A stretch of DNA of 60,000 bases from Callorhinchus milii (Eukaryota). Below the pieces are notes generated by a model. It saw only the letters and a list, made by a program, of their open reading frames with translations, made no database searches and was not told the DNA's origin. This document shows positions 13,995 through 26,070 of the stretch, in pieces (the first letter of the stretch is position 1; every line of letters begins with the position of its first letter). The position numbers and the translations under genes are program-made. Where the stretch lies: positions 77,378,001 through 77,438,000 of the forward strand of contig NW_024704743.1 of the NCBI RefSeq assembly GCF_018977255.1. Direction: 5' to 3'.

Positions 13995-14205
13995 TTAAGA
14001 ACTCTCTTCCCACAAAAGCTGTGGATGCTGGATCTATTTACATCTTCAAGACTGAAGTGGATAGGTATTTGTTAGGGCAGGGTATTAAGGGAAACGGGAC
14101 AAGGGCAGGTAATTGAACTTGAGGTACAAATTAGCCTTGATCTTATAGAATGGCGGAACAAGTTCGATGGGCTGAATGGCCTACTCCTTTTTCTATGTTT
14201 CTATT
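13995..14205 (+). mobile_element. CR1 LINE 3' end
   Basis: NSLPTKAVDAG...FKTEVDRYL, followed by the 3' UTR gatgggctgaatggcctactcct and a tttctatg repeat. Confidence 0.8.
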
Positions 14206-15429
14206 TATAATGGATCTGCCATATCAAAAAAATAAGTATAATCATGCAGTCTTTGTCAGTAGAGTTAGTGCTCCTATCTTCTAACTAAAATGTTAAGCAC
14301 TTTGAGACATTGAGACTTTGAGGCATGAAAGGTGCTACATAAGTGCAAGTTACTTGCTGTATGCAAATTGGCTTCACAGTGTAACTATATAAAATTTAAG
14401 TATTACTATTAAGTTGCAATTACTGTTGCCTTTATGAAATAAACTCTCGAGACTCTCATGTGGGAACATAGGAATTACAGGATTAGGAAAGACCAGTACC
14501 AATAAAGTGAAAAACGAAACAAAAATTAATAATACTACATTTCTCTATATTTCTCGATCAATTTCGGTGTCAAATAGCTATCTAGTTTTCTCTTGACATT
14601 GCTGACTCAAGCTGTCTCTACTGTAGGCTAGTGCTCCATTGAAGTCTGTAAAATTATTTAATCTGAACCTTCTGTTCCCCTTCTCTGTTCTGAATTTTTC
14701 AAAAATATCTTGACCTCTTTTCATCTTCCTACAAATTTCCAATTTTTGTCTGATTCCACTCTGAAACTCACCACTAAATGATCCCAGAGCAACTCTCTAC
14801 AGTGGGAGACTAGAACCATTTTTACCTCAAAGACCAATGGGCACTGGAACTTGTGGGCTGATGTTTACAGGACGTTTCAGGTTCAAAGATTATGATCTTC
14901 ATTGAGTGAAGGAACCTGTTAAGATCGGTAACATAACAAAATGGAATGTCTTGCTTCTACTATGAATATTTAGGTCCATAAGTCTATTCAAAGTCAAATA
15001 ATTAAAAGTTATTAAGGATTTTTGTACTGGTCCCAAAATACAATGAAACCCCCTTTTTCAATTCCAAACAGCATGCTGAGACTGCCACCTCATTATTTAA
15101 TAGCTTTAACATGGAAGATTTACAGCTGCAGTTAGATGACAGAAGGCTTTTCATTGGTAACACATTTCATATCATGACGGAATATGATAACTTCAGTTTA
15201 TATCAATTCAATTTATATGAACACCAAACATATCAAAACATCTTTCCCTTGTCAGTGATAGTCATGAAAGACTTATTTTGCTCTGTGCACTGCATCCAAC
15301 ACGTCCAAATCCCTGACTGTCAAGCGCCTTGGGACATTCTTCTGACTTGAAAGGCGCTATACAAATATAATTTGTTGTTGTTGATACAGACTGAATTCAA
15401 TTCTCTTCCATTTGGTATGTATGTGCAAT

Positions 15430-15727
15430 TTTTCGCCTTACTCTCCCTTCTATGTAGAATAGTTGCAAGAAGAGTGAAAGGAACTCTTTGGAGGATTTTT
15501 TCCCATACAGTTGTTGAGATGTTGAATGTCCTGCCAAATAAGAGGGAGGAAGCAGAGTCTACAGTGGGTTTCAAGAGAGAAGTCAGCAGATAGGTGATAG
15601 ATAAAGGCTTGAAAGGATATGGGGTTGGTGTGGGGCAATGGGATTGAATGTACACTGAGAACCGATTCAGACACGATGGGCCAAATGGCTTCCTTTCATG
15701 CTGTAAATGTCTACGATTCTATGATTC
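15430..15727 (+). mobile_element. CR1 LINE 3' end
   Basis: FSHTVVEMLNVLP...GFKREV and the terminal gatgggccaaatggc...(attctatg)n. A related copy lies on the - strand at 59170-59415. Confidence 0.8.
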
Positions 15728-16214
15728 TGCTTATAAATAATGTCAATGTAGTGTTAAAAATGTAATTTAGTTTTACGTTTTTAATGTCAAATTATGTACA
15801 CTTTAAAACAAGTTTTTTTATAATGTTCCTGTGGAGACCTACAGAAAGCTTATGAGTTCATTAGTTGTGTGATCATGGTACTAACAATTAGAATTAATGT
15901 CATCAGAGGGACAGAACACTCTACCCTATTATGAAATTATTACTTCAAAGGAATGAAGTCAGGCAAATCACAAAAAATATTATCTCAAATCTTTTAGATG
16001 ATTAGAAGGGAATTCATTGTGTGATATATATTATAAACTAACTTTTAATCACACATTGCATGGCTTTTTATGCTGTGGTTGGAGATCTGAAAGCTATTTT
16101 TAACAGAACACTGCTACTGTAACTGATTAATGTATTTGACATTTCTTCAATTAACCCTGACGTTGATTGGCCATTTTTCACAAACGTCCTATTGCAAATA
16201 AAGTTGGTCAATTC

Positions 16215-17135
16215 AAAGCCCGCATCAGGATTTTATGCTCATAGTCCAGATTAACACTCCCATGTAGTGCTGAGATGTGCTGCATTGTTGGAGGTGCATC
16301 CTTCAGACAAGACGTTAAATCACGATTATTCTGCCTGTTCAGGTGGATATTGAAGATCCTATGATACTAATCGTAAAGAGACGATTTCTCTGGGTTCCTG
16401 GTGAACAATGCCTCAGATTTATAAAAAACATAATTCACTTTTAGTCTGTTTGTGGGACATTGCTGTGCACAAATTTGTGGTCATGTCCACCTACAAATAT
16501 ACAGTCACTACACTTTACCATAAGCGCTTTGAGGTATTCTCAATGTGACGAGGCACTATATAAAAAACAAGGATCACTATTATTTATATCTCCAACTAAG
16601 AGAAACCATCGTCTTTTAAAATGTCAGAAAGAAGGTAAGAGCTCTAGAGTTCTGAATGAATTCCATTTAGTAACTGATAGAAAGTGACTTTATTTAGGTT
16701 CCATGATGTTTTAAGAAATTGAAATTGTGCATCATTTCCTAACCACAATTTACATTAGCATGTTAGCCTGACTCAGTAGGTAGCACTCTCACCTCTGAGT
16801 TAGAAAATTATGGGTCCAAGATCCATGTCAGGACTTGGAATCTTTATATTCTATGTTGACACTCTAATGAAGTGCTGGAGTGTTCAGTATTGTAGGAGGT
16901 GCAATGTGTCCAGGGGACATTAAAGATCCCAAGGTAATTATTAGTAGAAGGCAGTTTTTCACTGTGTCCTGGCAACAAGCCCCAAATAAAATTTGTCACT
17001 CACTCCATAGCTGTTTGTCAGTAATTAATGTGCACATATTGACTGCTGTGTTTGCCCATAAAATATACAGTCACACCACTTTACACTTTCAGATGTCTCA
17101 ACAACGTGATATCGAATGCAAGGATTATCATTATT
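16215..17135 (+). mobile_element. Two old Deu-domain SINE remnants (about 16215-16585 and 16765-17135), SacSINE1-like
   Basis: Deu core gttcaggtggatattgaagatcc...cctgg..aac and an L2-like tail. The second copy has a tRNA-like head. Confidence 0.65.
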
Positions 17136-17691
17136 ACATTTTGTAGTGCCTTTCATGTCAGGAGGTTATCTCAAAGCGGTTCAGATAATTAACTGGTTCC
17201 AGGTTCAGCTGGGGATGGGGAGGAATTTTCTAATTAATGAATCCAAAAAATGAACTCCCTGTGGTAACTGTAAGTATGTCATGTACAGCACACTAACTAG
17301 AAGAAGCCCCGCTCCTAAAATAGCCTGAATTGGAGCAAAATTAACAAGTCTGTGCCATCAATTTAAAAAAAACACAGTAAAATTCATCCCTTTGATTTTT
17401 AAATATACAGCACTGAACACCTGCTGAAAGCTCACCTGCTCCGCCCTACCATCACATTTCAAATTCTTTGCCCCACTGTCTGGAACTCTCTTCCAAAATC
17501 CCTTTGACTCCCTCCCAGTGTTCAAAACCCATCTAAAAACTTATCTCTTCAATTAATTCTTCAGCTAGCCCTTCAACAGGTCAGTGCAGGCTGGCGGCCT
17601 CTCTTCATGCAGCTGCTTCTCCTTTTAGAAAAATGCAATGTGAACCAGTCTTGACCAGCAGTGAAGAAGTTCATTAGCTGCCATTTTTAAA

Positions 17692-17925
17692 TGGGTCTAG
17701 ACAGGAGGAAAATACTATGGAACTGTGCCCAGACATGGGTAAAATTATGTGGCAATGTGTCCAGACAGGGGGAAAATACTGTGGAAATGTACTGAGACAT
17801 GGGGAAAATACAACAGATCTATGCCCAGATGGAGAAAATATTGTGATGTGCCCAGACAAGAGGAAGATACTGAGGATGTATACCTAGTCATGGGGAAAAA
17901 GCAGTGGATCTGTGCCCAGACCTGG
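17692..17925. repeat. Degenerate ~32-bp minisatellite, about 7-8 copies
   Basis: Unit approximately tgtgcccagacatggggaaaatactgtggaaa, head-to-tail with no spacers. Confidence 0.8.
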
Positions 17926-19028
17926 TGACATGGTGCTGCAGTTTATTATTTAATGTGTTTACTTACATGCATTTACATTGTTTTATTTAGTTGATGTAAC
18001 CACAGGCACAAGGGAAAATCAGGCACCTTCTAACACGGTTAAAGAGAGGTGTTGGCAGAGTGCTGAGAGTAGGTTCCTGCTCAGACTGTTGATCACAACA
18101 TGGTATTTAAATTGAAGAAAAAAAGGGAAATGGAATTCCTTTCCATGTGCTGGGCATCAGCACCTTGGGACATAAAAGGCGCTAAATAAATATAATTTGT
18201 TGTTGTTGGACTTGGCTTGCACCCTTTTTCCCAGTGTCGCACTTTACTGACTTGCTTTCCCCAGTGCTGCTCTGTACTGACTCCCCTGTCAGAGCAGAGT
18301 AAGCTGGAGCTGTAAGAGGAGCCTTTTGCTGTGGTGCAGAGGCAACGTCATGGTTACCAGGGAGCCCAGAGCAACAATTGTGGCCAGAGCTGACACTCAC
18401 CTCTCTAGACACAGTTAGGTGAAGATATCCTCAGCATTGCTTCACTCCTCGCCATCACACAGCTCCTCCTCATCTTTATTTTCCTTTATATCCTAGGCAA
18501 AGAGGTGATGAATTCTTCTTGCAACTTTTTTTTAAACCAAGAGAGAGACCCTGTAAGTATTGGCTATTTATTTATTATAATACTTACCCCCACGCCGACC
18601 ACCTCTCTTTAACCAGTGTAAAGAATTATTGTTACAATGTGAAAAGGAATAAATTTAATGCTGCTTCATGGTCAAATTGCATTGTTACAGCAACAGGCGG
18701 TCATTTGACGAAATGTACTATAGATTAACATATAATGACAAATGGAGAATACAGGCAAGTGAACACAATGTACCCTGATATCTTAACCGTACATATATGG
18801 AACTCTCAGTGTTTTGTTTGGACACTCTTAAACATGGTGATGGGTTTCTGTTTGTGACAGATACCCACTGACCAAAAGCAATGGTTTAAATAGTTCCATT
18901 AAACAATACTGTACTCCAAATTCACTGAATATTTTATGCCTGTAATGTGCTTGTTTACACAGCACTTAGAAGTTTGTGGAGGCTTAACTTTTTGTGTTTT
19001 GTTTCCTAATTTACAGCACATTGAATTT

Positions 19029-19990
19029 AACAACAAGATTACATTTGTATAGCGCCTTTCACGTCGGGAGGACGTCCCAAGGTGCTGGACAGAGTACAGC
19101 ATTTCAGACTGGAGCTGGGGTTGGGCGGAAGGGAGGGGAGGGGAAGGGGGTGGCCGATGGCATGGTCAAAGCGGCGGGTCTTGAGGCGGGACTTGAAGGA
19201 GGCTAAGGAGGGGGCGAGGTGGAGTGACTGGGGGATGGAATTCCAGCGGTTGGGGGCAGAGTGGCTGAAGGCTCTCCCCCAATGGTGGGGCGGGTGGGTC
19301 GAGGGACGTGGAGCAGTCCAGAGCCGGCTGAGAGGAGGGAACGGGCAGGTTGGTAGGGGATTAGGAGGTTGCAGAGGTAGGGTGGGGCGAGGCCATGGAG
19401 GGCTTTGTATGTCAAGATCAACGATCTTGAACTGGATCCTCTGAAGGATAGGGAGCCAGTGGAGTCAGGCGAGAGTGGGGGAGATGGGGTCACGGAGTTT
19501 GGTGCGGGAGAGGACACGGTCCTGGAGTTGAGGGTGGAGGCAGAAAGATAGAGTTGGGTGTCATCCGCATACATGTGGAAGTTGACCCCATGTCTGCAGA
19601 TGATGTCACCAAGGCGGAGCATGCAGATATTAAAAAAGAGAGGGCCAAGGACAGGGCCCTGGGGGACCACAGATGTGATAGTGCGGAGACTGGAGGAGAA
19701 GCCGTTAGAGACAACGAAGTGGAGACGGTGAGAGAGATAGGAATCGAACCAGGCCAGGGCAGATCCGTGAAGTTTGAGTAAAGTGGAGAGGCGGTATATG
19801 AGGATGGAGTGGTCGACAGTGTCGAAGGCAGCAGAGAGGTCGAGAAGGACAAGGAGGCAGAGGGAGCCCTGATCACAGATGTTCAAAATGTCATCAGTGA
19901 CTTTGACCAGGGCTGGTTCCATGCTGTGGCAGCACGGAAGCTGGATTGGAGACGTTCAAAGAGGGAATGGGGAGAGAGAAAGAAGTGGAA
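19029..19990 (-). mobile_element. L2 LINE, 5'-truncated and internally deleted, with RT core and intact 3' tail
   Basis: LLDLSAAFDTVDH, VPQGPVLGPLFF, YADDTQLY and LHGLAPPYL. Tail gggacgtcctcccgacgtgaaaggcgctatac followed by (TTG)n. Confidence 0.95.
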
Positions 19991-20040
19991 AATTTAACTT
20001 GAAAGACTAAAATTTTAAAGACTAAAAGTCTAAAAAAACT

Positions 20041-20399
20041 GGAGTCCTGTAGCTCCATGGTTGGAGCACTCGCCTCACAAGTGAGAGACCTGGGTTTGAT
20101 TCCCGGCGGGGCGAAATATTGGGCAGGTTTCCTTACTCCACATGCCTCTGTTTACCTAACAGTAAGTAGGAACCTGGTTGTTAGTCAATTGGCGGAATGC
20201 TTTTCCGGGATAATAATCCCTAAAAAAAACAATAATAATTGGGTCACTCAGTTCAAGACTATTTGTGGGACACTGCTGTGCATAATTGGCTGCCACATTT
20301 CGCCCACAAATATACAGTCAATTCACTTTACAGTATATTATATGAAGCGCTTTGAAACGTCTGGAAGACGTGAATGTCAAATCTATTGCAAGGATTATT
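20041..20399 (+). mobile_element. Long-variant SINE with an extra internal block
   Basis: Same head and tail as the family, plus gcctctgtttacctaacagtaagtaggaacc... The variant also occurs at 37575-37922 and 57847-57970. Confidence 0.9.
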
Positions 20400-20582
20400 G
20401 CTGTAAAATGTCTGCTGAAAAAGAAACTAAAATAATTTACGCACAAAGTCAGAAGGCTTCAAACAGTTATTATCTTAAATGTGTTAAAATAAACTTGGCT
20501 CTTCATTGTCTAAATGACTCAAGGATGCTGTAGGGAGCTTGGTTTCAATTTTGGATGGTATACTCTATTATTATTATTATTT

Positions 20583-20903
20583 GGAGTCCTGTAGCTCAGT
20601 GGTTAGAGCACTCGCTTTGCAAGTGAGAGACCTGAGTTCAATTCCAGGCAGGGAGAAACCTTGGGCAAGTTTCCTTACTCCACACAGAGCCTAATAATAA
20701 TCCCTCCAGCATCAAAAACAATAATAAATTGGTCATTTTCAATCTACGACTGTTTGTGGGACATTGCTGTGCGCAATTGGCTGCTGCGTTCACCCACAAA
20801 TATACAGTCAATTCACTTTACAGTGTGTTCTGTGAAGCGCTTTGGGACGTCCTCCCGACGTGAAAAGCGCTATATCAAATGCAAGGATTATTATTCTTAT
20901 TAT
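20583..20903 (+). mobile_element. Full-length SINE, CTCCC-loop subfamily
   Basis: Near-identical to 2269-2588. Confidence 0.95.
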
Positions 20904-22559
20904 GAAAAAATATTTACTTAGCAATAGCACAGCTTGATGTCTAGCCAGGGGGAGAGGGAGGTGATTATAGACACGGTTGAAGAGGAAGCTCTTCAGCTGC
21001 GATCTGAAGATAGGGAAGGAGGGGGTAAGGCATGAGGATTGAGGCAGAGAGAACCATTGTCTTCTAAACATGTTTGAAACAATGTGTAAGCACTGTGAAT
21101 TTCGCTTGAAAGCTGTGATACAGTTAAATTTAACTCTTTAAACTAAAGTTACATTGTTATTTTGTAAACTATGTTGCTGTTTGATATGAGGAATTTCTCT
21201 TTCAAACACAAGTTACCAAAGCAATAAACAGATGAGTGCATGGTACTTCAAAACAATATTATATTTATAGAAATTAAATAAATAATAATATATATAACAT
21301 AACAATGGAAACAGCAGAGCAAACATTTAGACTGTATCTGCTGCAGTACACACTTTCTTTAGCAACTGAGTGATGTGAATGAACAAAGTTAAACATGGAG
21401 TTGTCTTTTAATGTCCTAAATCCATTGGTTTGCTAATGAGGTTTTTGACCTGTTGCAAGATCTCTGTGTTGTAAATTTGGTGACAGAACTCCCTTCTCCC
21501 TAAGATCCATTATAGCACAAACACAATGCATTGCTATAGTGTTTATTCATGATACCTAAACTCTTCACAATAGTCTATTATGGAAGAAAGGACCATGACA
21601 GAATTTAAAAAGGGATTGGATAACTATTTGAAGAGAGATAAAAGAGGGTATGAGGAAAGAGCCCGTTATTGAGATTAGAGTATACAGCTCCAGTTGAAGA
21701 GCTGGCACCAGTAAAGGTTCAATGGGCTACTGAGTCTTCTTCTTTGTGGTAACAAGAATCCAAACAGTGTATTTGATCAATTCTTGATAATGTATCTGGG
21801 AAGAGTTTGTGAATCATAATTGTTTTTCCTTGATCTGTTCAAGTCATGTTTGATTCACATGCCCAAATGTTAAGATAAAAATACTGTGTATATAATTTTA
21901 TTTTACTGGTATTAGTTCAACCACAGGAGTTGTGCTCTAATCCCAATTCACTGATATTTCTCTGTTTTTTTATTGTCAATAACAATTATAATCATTTGCA
22001 TTTAGAATAACTTGGATTCTATTGCCTTTCACATAAAAAAATAATGTTTTGGAGTGCTTTACACAATATAATTGATTAAACAATTAAGAAAATTAATAAG
22101 TAATTTTATATAGACAAAAGCAGCAACAAATCTTCTTCTGGCATCAACCCATCAACAATGGGATGATTAGCCAATTGATTTGAATTTGGGGATACATTTG
22201 CATTAAGAGGGGAATTAAGTATAAAGCAGGATAAATGGGAGAAATAATCCACTTTTCTCTGAATCATAAAACAGATGAAATGTAAATTAGCACCACAATC
22301 AAAGAATGGAGGTGATCATCTGGAAATCAATAATATGGGTATATCTAATATTAAGTATTGATATGTAAGCAAACACAACAGCAAATCTGCTCCAGCAATA
22401 TTGCACAAGTGAAATTGAAGAATAAGAAACCAGAATAAAATGAGAAAGGAAAGAAATAAAAGTGGAGAAAACTAAATATGTGGAAAAATAAAATGGTGGA
22501 TAGCAATGGATCCAAATTTTTTAAAAAAGTGTACAATAGGAAAAGCTGGAATGTATGGT

Positions 22560-22876
22560 ATAATAATAATAATAATAATCCTTACATTTGATATAGCGCT
22601 TTTCACGTCGGGAGGACGTCCCAAAGCGCTTCACCAAACACACTGTAAAGTGAATTGACTGTATATTTGTGGGCGAACACGGCAGCCAATTGCGCACAGC
22701 AATGTCCCACAAACAGTCGTGGATTGAAAATGACCAATTTATTATTGTTTTTGGTTTTGGAGGGATTATTATTAGGCTCTGTGTGGAGTAAGGAAACTTG
22801 CCCAAGGTTTCGCCCTGTCTGGAATTGTACTCAGGTCTCTCGCTTGCAAAGCGAGTGCTCTAACCACTGAGCTACA
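22560..22876 (-). mobile_element. SINE, CTCCC-loop subfamily
   Basis: Reverse-complement match to the family. Confidence 0.95.
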
Positions 22877-25191
22877 TGGTGGCATGGCTGAAGGTCATTG
22901 AATTATCCTGGTGCCTATTACAAACCTTATTTAAACAAATGCCATAAAGAAATAAAACAAATTATTAAAATTGATATGGCAAGGAAAATGTTCATCATTT
23001 ATGTTATGGGTTGCTGGAAGTGAAAACATTTGGATTTTAAATTTTTTTAAAATTCTAACCACCCATTGCTAAAGTCACTGATATACAAGAGAAATTTGGT
23101 GACTATTCTGCATTTTGGGTATTCTGTTCTCAAAGGAGCTCAAAGTAAAGTTAGTCTGTAGAGCCTTTGCAAGATGGATAGTAAATACCAGGAACTCCCT
23201 TGTGAGCTCCTTGAAGAGCAATTCAACTCATCATGAAATGCATAAGAGCAGTGACACTATCTTGCTCACAGCTCAGACACACAACTCTATCCATTGAGTA
23301 ATGTGTCCACCAGTTGGAAGATGCAGCTGCTAATCTCTCAGGATGGCTACTGTCGGGAATTGAAAAGTTCTATTGGTGCAAAATGATATTTTTGCTGTTA
23401 GAGTTTGATCAGAGTAGAGGGAGCTTTCATCTGCTCCCTGGGATTTTCAGCCTGGGATTCCTTGATGCTGACATTACATTTGTTTTATTGGGGACATGAC
23501 CCAGTTCATTAAAATACTGAAAGACAAGGTAATGTAAATATAAGGCGGTTATTTCATTTAAAATGTGTGAGGACTGGAAGGCAACAATGGGAAATTAACA
23601 AGCCACAATTAACATTTAGAGATTAGAAAATGACTTTCCCCCCAACAAAATAATGGAAATATGCAATAGACTTCCTTCAAAATTAGGTGATGCTCATAGA
23701 TCAATTAACTCTTTTTAAAAAGGAGTTGGATAAATATGTGATTACTAAGAAGATTAAGAGTTATATGGATGCATACAGCATAGATATTAAATATATGGAG
23801 CACTGTTTCCCGGGTTGGTGGAAATAGCTCTGCAATACAAGTCATCTCGATTAAATAATGTATAATGTCATGTTCCATTAATATCCTGGGGTTTTATATG
23901 ATTACTATCATGAATCAGGGAGAACATTTTGCAGGTTCATCTTCTTGGAAGTTTTACCTGTGGTTATTTACCTCCTCCAAGTGATAAATATTTTGGGATA
24001 TCTAAAAGATGGTACAAAGCAGAAGCAATATGGTCAATTAATTTTATTTAATTGACCTGTTTTTATGCCTATTACGATCTGTTTCAATTAAATGTATATT
24101 AATTTGGATGTATAGAGTTGAAAAAGACGAATTCCCTCATAAATTTTATGGAAATATGTTCCCTGAAATGTATAACATCTCATTTAAGTGTACATTTTTT
24201 CAATTTGTAATGCACACTTTAAAAAGCAAATCACAATGGTTCTTTCATACCTTTAGAAAAGCTAATCTATTAAACTGCCTCATTTAGGTGAACAATTAGC
24301 ACCTCATTATTCAGTGCCTGCCAACCCTGAGTTCCTGCTGGTGTAATTGTCATATTCCCAACTCTTTTGTACTGTGGCTCCAATGGCTTGAACTATGACA
24401 GACACTGGAGGCACTGGCAGTTCACCTCGCAACTGACACTTTGACATTGTCTTTGCACCTCAGCATTGGGTTGTGAACAGGTGTTTGCAGCAAACTGACC
24501 TTTTTTTTCACATGCACAAACATTTGATAAAATCATGTAAATTGTGTGATGTTAGATAATAATAATAATCCGTACATTTGATGCAGCACTTTCACCTCAG
24601 GAGGACTTTATGTTGTAAAGTGTAGTGAGTGTTTGTTTTTTGGTGGGCAAATAGCCAGGAAGTGATCAAACAAATTTATTTGTGGGGATTGTTGGCTTGG
24701 ACACTGGGATAAACTCCCTTCTCTTTTTGTATAGTGCCTTGGGACCCTTAATGTCCATCTGAACAGGCAGACGGGGGTTGTGACGTATTAGTCAGGTGGT
24801 TGATGTGCAGACAGGCTTTGGCAAATTCCTCCTAGAGCTGGCCACGAGGGATGTACATGGATCTCCTTGAAGTTTTTTCAATCTCAGGAACTCAGAAAGG
24901 TGGTGATTAGTCTTATATCTCAAGCTGCAAGGGCACACAATATTGTGCCTTCATTGTACTTTTTTTTACCATTTTTCCATTAGCAAGTATGGAATAAATC
25001 ATGAGTGAAGTAACCACCCTGGGTAATCTGCGGGAATTGCAATCTTACAACAGGTATAAAAGTTTGACAGGAAGAAAATAAAATGCAAAATTAAAAATAA
25101 ACACATATGATATGTGACTAATTTATTTCATAGGTACGCTTGATTAATCCAAAGAAATGGCTCAATCTGTGAATTATTAAACACCGTTGAG

Positions 25192-25218
25192 ATGGAAGAA
25201 GAAAGCAATTATGAGCAG
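25192..25218 (+). CDS. ofcc1: Probable first coding exon of ofcc1/ojoplano (MEEESNYEQ); exon likely begins at 25134
   Basis: Acceptor ttcatag at 25133 and branch-like TGACTAAT upstream. ATG in gagATGg context with an in-frame upstream TGA at 25141. Strong donor CAG|GTAAGT, phase 0, joining in frame to KLQQK. Homology is weak at this length. Confidence 0.6.
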
Positions 25219-25743
25219 GTAAGTGGCTACATGGATTGATTTTATCGTAATTTAGTGATCTGGCTTATTTCCATACATTTTCAGTACTGATGGTACTGTA
25301 CTAGTGTGGATGATTTCCACTGATGGTGCAGGCTTGTGGGCTAAAATTCCTGTTAGTGTTACATGTAATGCCTTTGACAATCTGTTGTTCCAATGGGATA
25401 ATCCCATTTGCAGCGAGTATCACTAAAGGCTCTATGAATAACACCAATTACAATTGCAACCCAAGAGAGTGGGTGATTTCTAATATGATGCCTTATTGAT
25501 CAAAATATCACTATGCAGCTATTTCTTCATAAAAAGAATGTCTTGCAAGTCACATTCAGTGGAGATAGGCAGTGGAATATCAAAAGACCAACTAGTTACT
25601 ATTCTCCTTGGGGATGAGGTAAATGGGATCTCCTTGGAGCTGAACTGGCTCCAAAGTGACATGTTCGGCAAAAGAATGTCAGAATTGAGTCAATTCTCTG
25701 TAGTAACTGAAAGTATTGATAAAGGCAATGCTATGGATATTGT

Positions 25744-26070
25744 GGAGTCCTGTAGCTCAGTGGTTAGAGCACTCGCTTTGCAAACGAGAGACCTGAGTTC
25801 ATTTCCAGGCAGGTCAGGGCGAAACCTTGGGCAAGTTTCCTTACTCCACACGCCTAATAATAATCCCTCCAAAAACCAAAGCCAATAATTAAATTGGTCA
25901 TTTTCAATCTACGACTGTTTGTAGGACATTGCTGTGCACAATTGGCTGCCGCGTTCGCCCACAAATATACAGTCAATTCACTTTACAGTGTGTTCTGTGA
26001 AGCGCTTTGGGACGTCCTCCCGACGTGAAAAGCGCTATATCAAATGCAAGGATTATTATATTATTATTAT
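25744..26070 (+). mobile_element. SINE (CTCCC loop) inserted in a CR1 fragment spanning about 25540-26430
   Basis: The flanks rejoin as VTESIDKGNAMDIV | FFDFQKGFDK, a CR1 RT motif. A CR1 3' tail ends at about 26430. Confidence 0.9.

Noticed and set aside
17692..17925. CRISPR-like ~32-bp periodicity
   Set aside because: Degenerate head-to-tail units with no unique spacers, in eukaryotic DNA with no cas genes.
19203..19922. 239-aa reverse transcriptase ORF as a functional or domesticated gene
   Set aside because: A truncated L2 with an internal deletion after YADD and frameshifts.
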